Source: Polaromonas sp. UBA5171 (lineage in GTDB: Bacteria; Pseudomonadota; Gammaproteobacteria; Burkholderiales; Burkholderiaceae_C). Taken from it: a DNA stretch of 64,000 nucleotides. This document shows, piece after piece, positions 58,126 through 64,000 of this stretch (position 1 is its first letter; each line of letters starts with the position of its first letter). A program made the position numbers and the translations under genes. A model generated the notes under the pieces. That model ran no database searches. It was given only the letters and a program-made list of their open reading frames with translations, and was not told where the DNA came from. The stretch is from contig DHWX01000125.1 in NCBI GenBank assembly GCA_002413395.1, forward strand, positions 7,676 to 71,675. Direction: 5' to 3'.

Positions 58126-58800
58126 ATGCGCATTTTGATCGCCGAAGATGACCAGGTTCTGGCCGATGGCCTGTTGCGCACCCTGCGCGCGTCGGGCGCG
58201 GCGGCCGATCATGTGGCCAGCGGTGCCGAAGCTGACGCCGCCCTGCTGACCAATACCGGATTTGACTTGTTGATCCTCGACCTCGGTCTGCCGCGCATGC
58301 ACGGCCTGGAAGTGCTGAAACGGTTGCGTGCCCGGGGCTCGGCATTGCCGGTGCTGGTTCTTACTGCAGCCGACAGCGTTGAAGAACGCGTCAAGGGGCT
58401 GGATTATGGCGCTGACGACTACATGGCCAAGCCATTTTCCCTGCAGGAGCTCGAAGCGCGTGTGCGCGCGCTGGTGCGGCGTGGCATGGGCGGGGCCAGC
58501 AGCAACATCAAGCACGGCCCACTGGTGTATGACCAGGCCGGGCGCGTTGCCACCATCGACGGCCAGATGCTGGAGCTGTCGGCGCGCGAGCTGGGACTCC
58601 TCGAAGTGCTGCTGCAGCGCGCCGGGCGCCTGGTCAGCAAGGACCAATTGGTTGATCGCCTGTGCGAGTGGGGCGAAGAGGTCAGCAACAACGCCATTGA
58701 GGTGTACATCCACCGCCTGCGCAAAAAAATCGAAAAAGGCCCGATCCGGATTGCCACAGTGCGCGGGCTGGGCTACTGCCTTGAAAAAATCCCGAACTAG
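58126..58800 (+). CDS. OmpR/PhoB-family response regulator
   Basis: 224-aa ORF with a receiver domain (MRILIAEDD...DLLILDLGLP) and a Trans_reg_C domain (IEVYIHRLRKKI...TVRGLGY). Confidence 0.93.
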   Translation: MRILIAEDDQVLADGLLRTLRASGAAADHVASGAEADAALLTNTGFDLLILDLGLPRMHGLEVLKRLRARGSALPVLVLTAADSVEERVKGLDYGADDYMAKPFSLQELEARVRALVRRGMGGASSNIKHGPLVYDQAGRVATIDGQMLELSARELGLLEVLLQRAGRLVSKDQLVDRLCEWGEEVSNNAIEVYIHRLRKKIEKGPIRIATVRGLGYCLEKIPN

Positions 58801-58806
58801 TATGGG

Positions 58807-58923
58807 GCCGCCACGTTCACTTACTGCGTTTAGCGCTCTACCCCCCAAGGAGGCTGTGCTTGCTTGGGGCGGCGCGGCGCGGCGCACGATAGTTCCCACG
58901 CTGGCCGCTTCGTGTTCTTGACT
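58807..58923 (+). repeat. ~80-nt GC-rich structured repeat, one full unit and one partial unit in the response regulator-kinase spacer
   Basis: GCCGCCACGTTCACTTACTGCGTTTAGCGCTCTACCCCCCAAGGAGGCTGTGCTTGCTTGGGGCGGCGCGGCGCGGCGCACG occupies 58807-58888. A second CCCACGCTGGCCGCTTCGTGTTCTTGACT fragment lies at 58895-58923. Confidence 0.75.
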
Positions 58924-58937
58924 GGCACGCCCGCACC

Positions 58938-60386
58938 GTGGCGTTAGGGCTCTTTCAGCGCGAGCGGCGCAGCCTGTTTGGCGAGATTCTCGACTGGATG
59001 CTCACGCCGCTGCTGTTGCTGTGGCCCATCAGTTTGGCGCTGACCTGGCTGGTGGCACAAAATATTTCCGACAAGCCGTTTGACCGTGCTCTGGAATACG
59101 ACGTGCAGGCGCTGGCCAAGCTGGTCGCGGTCAAAAATGACAAGGTCCAATTCAATTTGACAGCAACCGCGCGGGAGATTTTGCGCGCCGATGACACCGA
59201 CCTGGTCTACTACCAGGTCTTGGGGACACGTGGCGAATACCTGAGCGGTGATCGCGCCTTATCGATACCTACAGACGAAGAAGAGGCGCTCAGCGGGGAA
59301 GTGCGGCTGCGCGATGACTTGATTCAGGGGCAGGATGTTCGCGTGGCTTACACCTGGATCACGGTGGATGTCAAGGGTCCGGCACGGGTGCTGGTGCAGG
59401 TCGCTGAAACTCTGGAAAAGCGTAAAACGCTGGCCACTGAAATCGTCAAGGGCACGATGGTGCCGCAGTTCGCGACGCTGCCGCTGGCAGTGATGCTGGT
59501 ATGGTTCGCGTTGGTGCGCGGCATCAAGCCGCTGGCGCAACTTGAAAAGCGCATCCGCGCGCGAAAATCCGACGACATGAGCCCGATAGACGAAGATGCG
59601 GTGCCTGAAGAGGTGGCGCCGCTGGTGTCATCCATCAACGATTTGCTGAGCCGCTTGAAGGTGTCGCTGACCACGCAAAAGCGCTTTCTGGCCGATGCCG
59701 CGCATCAGCTCAAGACGCCGCTGGCGGGATTGCGCATGCAGGCCGATCTGGCGCAGCGGGAAACCGATGCCGACCAGCTCAAGAACTCGCTCAGGCACAT
59801 TGGCCAGGCCAGCATACGCGCGACGCATACCGTCAACCAGTTGCTGGCGCTTGCGCGCGCCGAAACCACCGGCCGCGCGCTGGCCGAGCAGCGCGTCGAT
59901 CTGGTGCAGATTGTTTCGGAAGTCATGGCCGACTCGGTGCCGCGGGCGCTTGAAAAGCAGATTGACCTGGGCTATGAAGGCCCTGCTGCCGGTGAGCATC
60001 TGAGCCAGTTCGAAGGCAACCCGACCTTGCTCAAGGAGCTGGTGCGCAACCTGCTCGACAACGCCATCAACTACACCCCTGAAAAAGGCCAGGTCAACGT
60101 GCGGCTGCTGACCGACCGCTTCAGCGGCGTGCTGGTGCTGCTGGTGGAAGATTCGGGACCCGGCATTGCAGAGTCAGAGCGCAAGCTGGTGTTCCAGCCC
60201 TTTTACCGTACGCTTGGCACCAACGTGGATGGTTCCGGCCTGGGGCTGGCCATTGTGCTGGAAATTGCCATGCAGCACGGCGCGACCATCACCATAGACG
60301 ACGCGCGCTTGCCGGGTTACCCGCATTCGCCGGGCACGCGGGTCACGGTGCGCTTCATGGCCCTGGGCCGGTTGAGCGCTGAATGA
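58938..60386 (+). CDS. Sensor histidine kinase
   Basis: 482-aa ORF with a GTG start. It has two TM segments, an H-box (FLADAAHQLKTPL), and N and G boxes (LLDNAINYT and DSGPGI...GSGLGLAIV). Confidence 0.92.
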   Translation: MALGLFQRERRSLFGEILDWMLTPLLLLWPISLALTWLVAQNISDKPFDRALEYDVQALAKLVAVKNDKVQFNLTATAREILRADDTDLVYYQVLGTRGEYLSGDRALSIPTDEEEALSGEVRLRDDLIQGQDVRVAYTWITVDVKGPARVLVQVAETLEKRKTLATEIVKGTMVPQFATLPLAVMLVWFALVRGIKPLAQLEKRIRARKSDDMSPIDEDAVPEEVAPLVSSINDLLSRLKVSLTTQKRFLADAAHQLKTPLAGLRMQADLAQRETDADQLKNSLRHIGQASIRATHTVNQLLALARAETTGRALAEQRVDLVQIVSEVMADSVPRALEKQIDLGYEGPAAGEHLSQFEGNPTLLKELVRNLLDNAINYTPEKGQVNVRLLTDRFSGVLVLLVEDSGPGIAESERKLVFQPFYRTLGTNVDGSGLGLAIVLEIAMQHGATITIDDARLPGYPHSPGTRVTVRFMALGRLSAE

Positions 60387-60614
60387 CATCTGACAGTCGA
60401 TCTGTACTCTTGGTGAATTTACACAGGCGGGGACTTTCCGTGTAGGCTGTCAGGTGCGAGCGGGTCGATTGGTCCCAACGTGATCAGGCGCCGCCATTGG
60501 ATGCCCTGCACGCTTGGTCCGGAACGGTGTTTTACCCTGGCACCATGCCCGACGCCATCCGGGTGGACTCCGTCAGTTTTGGAAAACAACGCCGACCCTT
60601 TAACTCACACCATC

Positions 60615-61406
60615 ATGACAGCAGCCCGCCGCCTAAAAATTGGTCTTTCGGCCTGTTTTTCACACGCCGATCCGAGTCGTTCGGTTTTTAATGACAAAAC
60701 GCTGCAGTATGTTGAGCAATCGATCGCGCACTGGCTCATGTCGTCGGGGGCCATGGTGGTCATGGTGCCGTGCCCGACCGGCAGCACGCAGCGTGGTGAC
60801 GTCACCTATGCGCATTACGCGCAGTGGCTCGATGGCCTGGTGCTGCATGGCGGGGCGGATGTCTGGCCCGGCAGCTATGGTGAGGAGCCGCTTGAAGAAG
60901 AATGGTCAGGTGACCGCGTTCGCGATGACTATGACAAGGCCCTGGTCGCCGCTTTCGAAGCTCTCGACAAGCCTATTTTTGGCGTTTGCCGTGGCCTGCA
61001 ATTGCTCAATGTGGCCTTTGGCGGCACACTCTACCAGGACATTCAGACACAGGTGCCGGACTCCTTCATGCACCGTGATGCCGTCACCTACGACATGAAT
61101 TTTCACAGCGTGGAGATCGTGCCGGGCACGCGGCTTTCCAGTCTGTACCCCGGCGTGGAGCAGGTACGCGTCAACAGCATTCACCACCAGGCCATCAAGA
61201 CTCTGTCGCCCGAGTTCGAAGCCGAGGCTTACAGCGTGACGGACGGCATCGTGGAAGCGATACGTCGCACAGACCCTGGCAAGAGCTATATCGCTGCCCT
61301 GCAGTGGCACCCCGAATTTCACAAGCCCGGTGCCGACACGATTGACGATGGCGCCGTGCTTGAGGACTTTCTGGCGGCGGTTGCCGCCGCCAGAAACACA
61401 AAGTGA
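60615..61406 (+). CDS. Gamma-glutamyl-gamma-aminobutyrate hydrolase family protein (class I glutamine amidotransferase, peptidase C26)
   Basis: ATG 60615. It has the nucleophile motif GVCRGLQLLNVAFGG and the motif HHQAI. Confidence 0.82.
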   Translation: MTAARRLKIGLSACFSHADPSRSVFNDKTLQYVEQSIAHWLMSSGAMVVMVPCPTGSTQRGDVTYAHYAQWLDGLVLHGGADVWPGSYGEEPLEEEWSGDRVRDDYDKALVAAFEALDKPIFGVCRGLQLLNVAFGGTLYQDIQTQVPDSFMHRDAVTYDMNFHSVEIVPGTRLSSLYPGVEQVRVNSIHHQAIKTLSPEFEAEAYSVTDGIVEAIRRTDPGKSYIAALQWHPEFHKPGADTIDDGAVLEDFLAAVAAARNTK

Positions 61407-61488
61407 TTCCCTGGAACTTAAACCCAATAAGCACGGGCACAAGCAGCCATTGACATAGCGTCCAGATGACCAACTCGCAAACTGGCCA

Positions 61489-62040
61489 TTACTTGCGTCC
61501 GTACTTGGCGGTAAAGCTGGCCTTGCCCAGCGAGTTGCCGTTGATCATGAAGCCGGTCAGTGCCGCCGTCGCGTCGGCTGGCACATCGAGCTTTTCCACC
61601 TTGAGCGCATGCACGGTGAAAATGTAGCGGTGCGGCTTGTCGCCCTGCGGCGGGCAGACCCCGCCCCAGCCCGCCACGCCGTAGTCGATGCGCACATGGC
61701 TCGCGCCCTTGGGCAGGTTGGCTCCGCCCACGGCTCCGGCGTCGGGCTTGAGTTCGGTCACGACGGCCGGGATATTGATAACCATCCAGTGCCACCAACC
61801 GGAGCCAGAGGGCGCGTCCGGATCGTACACGGTCACGGCGAAGCTCTTGGTGCCTTTGGGCGCACCGCTCCATTTGAGCGCGGGTGACTTGTTCTCGCCC
61901 GAGCAGCCGAAGCCGTCGAACTCAAAGCTCTTGGGGATCATGGCCCCGGCCTTGATGTCGGGGCTGGTGAGTTGAAAGTCTGCGGCCTGGGCCAATGTGG
62001 CTGCGCCAATCAGGGTGGCGGCGAGAAGCGTGCGTGTCAT
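61489..62040 (-). CDS. YbhB/YbcL (PEBP/Raf kinase inhibitor-like) family protein, secreted
   Basis: 183-aa ORF with a signal peptide (LLAATLIGAATLAQA) and the PEBP motifs YDPDAP...WWHW and HRYIFTVHAL. Confidence 0.85.
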   Translation of the reverse strand: MTRTLLAATLIGAATLAQAADFQLTSPDIKAGAMIPKSFEFDGFGCSGENKSPALKWSGAPKGTKSFAVTVYDPDAPSGSGWWHWMVINIPAVVTELKPDAGAVGGANLPKGASHVRIDYGVAGWGGVCPPQGDKPHRYIFTVHALKVEKLDVPADATAALTGFMINGNSLGKASFTAKYGRK

Positions 62041-62251
62041 GGAGTTCTCCGAAATGATGAAGCTCCATCATGATACGAATGGACGAATTTTGCCAGCCTC
62101 ATACAAGGTTTGCCGCACCGAGTCAATTGCGGCGCAGCTTCAGCCCGCTGGGTATCAGCTCAGGTGCTTTCCCACAATGCCGGCCAGCTCGAATATGGTC
62201 ACTTGCGGTTTGCCACTCTCCAGTGGCTTGCGCTATTAAAACAGGAGCGTT

Positions 62252-62680
62252 TTAGCTAACTGCTGCCTGCAGCGAGGTCACCGCCTGATAGCGCGTGAAC
62301 AGAAACGCGACGCGCTCGGCGTCCGACTTCCAGCTCTTTTTGCCGCCGCTCAGCGCGTAGGCGGCGTCCACGGCGGCATCGAGCGCGCGGTGGGCCTTGA
62401 GCAGCTTTTCCGGCATGGGCGGGTTGTAGAGGTCGGCCAGCGTGGCACCGGCTTCCGCTGCACGGGCATCGAGCACCGCTTGTGCTGCCAGTTCGATAGC
62501 AGAGCGGGATTTTTGTACTTGGGCTGTGGCCGACTTTGCGTCCAGATCAGGCCAGGGGAAGTTGTTATAGACAATCTGGTTGGTATAGCGGTAATCGCTC
62601 TTGAGGCGGCCACAGACGTGGCGGACCCAGGCCATGTGCATGCGCGAGCTCAGCACGCCAAATTCGTAGAGCCCAGCGTG
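62252..62680 (-). pseudogene. 3' remnant of an MmeI-family (type IIL/IIG) DNA methyltransferase/restriction gene
   Basis: Only the C-terminal ~140 aa are present: ...LYEFGVLSSRMHMAWVRHVCGRLKSDYRYTNQIVYNNFPWP...ATLADLYNPPMPEKLLKAHRALDAAVDAAY...SDAERVAFLFTRYQ. The open frame (to 62716) has no methyltransferase or nuclease domains upstream. Confidence 0.7.
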
Positions 62681-62787
62681 AGCAGTTGCCCGCGCATGCG
62701 GGGCGGTTGACTCAATTCAGAGCTTAGAGCTTAGCTTGCACAATGCGTTTGGCGGCCAGCCCGGCGCCGCCTGCCGTGACTCATGGA

Positions 62788-63969
62788 TCAAGTCCCTGCG
62801 GGCACTGTTCTCAAGAGGTATTCGTGGAAGAGCGGCACCGTAAATGCCGTATCACCATGAATTGGGCTCCACACGATCCCCTTGGAGATCAGGCTGCTCC
62901 TTACCGGGCCAAATGAATTGGCTTTCTTGTTCATGTGCTGGGCAATATCACCCGAGCGATGCGGACCAGGCCCTAGTTCCGCCATGGCTCGCAGGTAACG
63001 TTTTTCTGAAGGCGTCGTGCGCTCCAGCCGCACACGAAAGAAGCTCTCGTCCAGTGCCGCTATGGTGATCTTTGATGCGCGCTCAACGTCAAGTGCCGTG
63101 ATTGGACTGGCCTGCGCGAGGTCCCACGCATGCTTGCCCCACTCTTGAAGGAAATAGGGGTAACCCTGCGTGTTGGAGATGATGCTTTCAACGGCTGTGT
63201 CTTCATAATCCACGTTCAAATTCCGGGCCGGTTTTCGAATGGCATCCCCGGCAGCAACTTTGTCCAGCTTGTCAACGATGGGATAGTCAAACAAGCGCTC
63301 GGCATAGGACTTCGCTTCGCCTGCCAGGCTCAGCAACTGGGGCAAGCCCGCGCCCACAACCGTGAGTGGCAACTTCAGCTGCGCGCACCGGTGAAGGGCT
63401 GAAATGAGCGCCGCAAATTCGGTTTGCTTCACATATTGCAGTTCATCAATGAAGATGACCAAGACGGTTTTGGCGGCTTTTGCCGCATTCCCCACCTCGA
63501 CAAACAGTGCCGTCAAGTCGCTCTCGAGGTCACCATTGTCGGCCAGGCCTTTTTCAGGCTCAAAGTCAATGCCGACCTCAATGTCCTGAAATTTAAATTT
63601 CAGGGCCTTTGCGAAGCCTGCGAGGGCGCGCAAAGACTTTTGAGCCAGATCCTTGGCGGCCTCGATTTGGCTTAGCCGCAACAACGCGACTCTCAGGGCG
63701 GGCGCTAAAAGAGCTGGCAGCGATCGATTCTCCGGTGCCTCGACCCGAACGGTGTGGATGCCAGTCGCTTCTGCGTCAGTGCGCATTTGGTCAAGCAAAA
63801 CCGTCTTTCCCACGCCCCGCAGGCCCACCATAAGAACGCTTTTTGCCGTGTTACCTATGCGTAAGCGCTCAATGCATATCCGTACTTTCTCGCGTAGCGC
63901 CTCCCGACCAGCGAGTTCAGAGGGTGGAGTGCCCGCGCCTGGGGTGTAAGGATTTTTGACTGGATTCAT
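62788..63969 (-). CDS. Stand-alone AAA+ ATPase (archaeal-ATPase/ORC-Cdc6-like, ATPase_2/AAA_16 type) with a C-terminal winged-helix-like region
   Basis: 393-aa ORF with NPYTPGAGTPPSELAGRE, the Walker A motif GLRGVGKT and the Walker B motif VIFIDELQ. Confidence 0.75.
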   Translation of the reverse strand: MNPVKNPYTPGAGTPPSELAGREALREKVRICIERLRIGNTAKSVLMVGLRGVGKTVLLDQMRTDAEATGIHTVRVEAPENRSLPALLAPALRVALLRLSQIEAAKDLAQKSLRALAGFAKALKFKFQDIEVGIDFEPEKGLADNGDLESDLTALFVEVGNAAKAAKTVLVIFIDELQYVKQTEFAALISALHRCAQLKLPLTVVGAGLPQLLSLAGEAKSYAERLFDYPIVDKLDKVAAGDAIRKPARNLNVDYEDTAVESIISNTQGYPYFLQEWGKHAWDLAQASPITALDVERASKITIAALDESFFRVRLERTTPSEKRYLRAMAELGPGPHRSGDIAQHMNKKANSFGPVRSSLISKGIVWSPIHGDTAFTVPLFHEYLLRTVPAGT

Positions 63970-64000
63970 TTATAGCGAGTTTAACAAAGTTATTGAATTT

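Overview
This 64-kb window is high-GC chromosomal DNA. Gene content and order look like a Comamonadaceae-type betaproteobacterium (inference). Almost all of it is housekeeping. On the minus strand at the left edge is a type IV pilus minor-pilin cluster, pilE-like, pilV, pilW, pilX and pilY1. Then come ribD-ribE and ribBA-ribH-nusB, an aminotransferase, ybgC-tolQRA, dnaE, and a mixed redox and regulator block. The rest holds gluQ, a tadA-hydrolase fusion, guaBA, smpB with ratA-rnfH, typA, the rimP-nusA-infB-rbfA-truB operon and a nitrogen-PTS-like EIIA/HPr pair. After these come a PP2C/FHA/phosphodiesterase trio, sucCD, argC, recA-recX and a two-component pair. I found no rRNA, tRNA, CRISPR array or intact transposase.

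Four things stand out:
1. A 1.8-kb islet with no integrase sits in the 3' end of ribE. It is flanked by a duplicated ribE segment and carries an HTH/PIN two-gene module plus decayed fragments.
2. A family of ~80-nt GC-rich structured repeats occurs at five loci. All five have the same orientation relative to transcription. Four start 4-8 nt after a stop codon and two are translated in frame inside proteins.
3. pilW and tolR each carry one extra nucleotide. The tolR shift creates a TolR-TolA fusion ORF.
4. The right edge holds a decayed accessory patch, an MmeI-family methyltransferase remnant next to a stand-alone AAA ATPase.

All product calls rest on motifs I recognised in the supplied translations. 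No database search was run.
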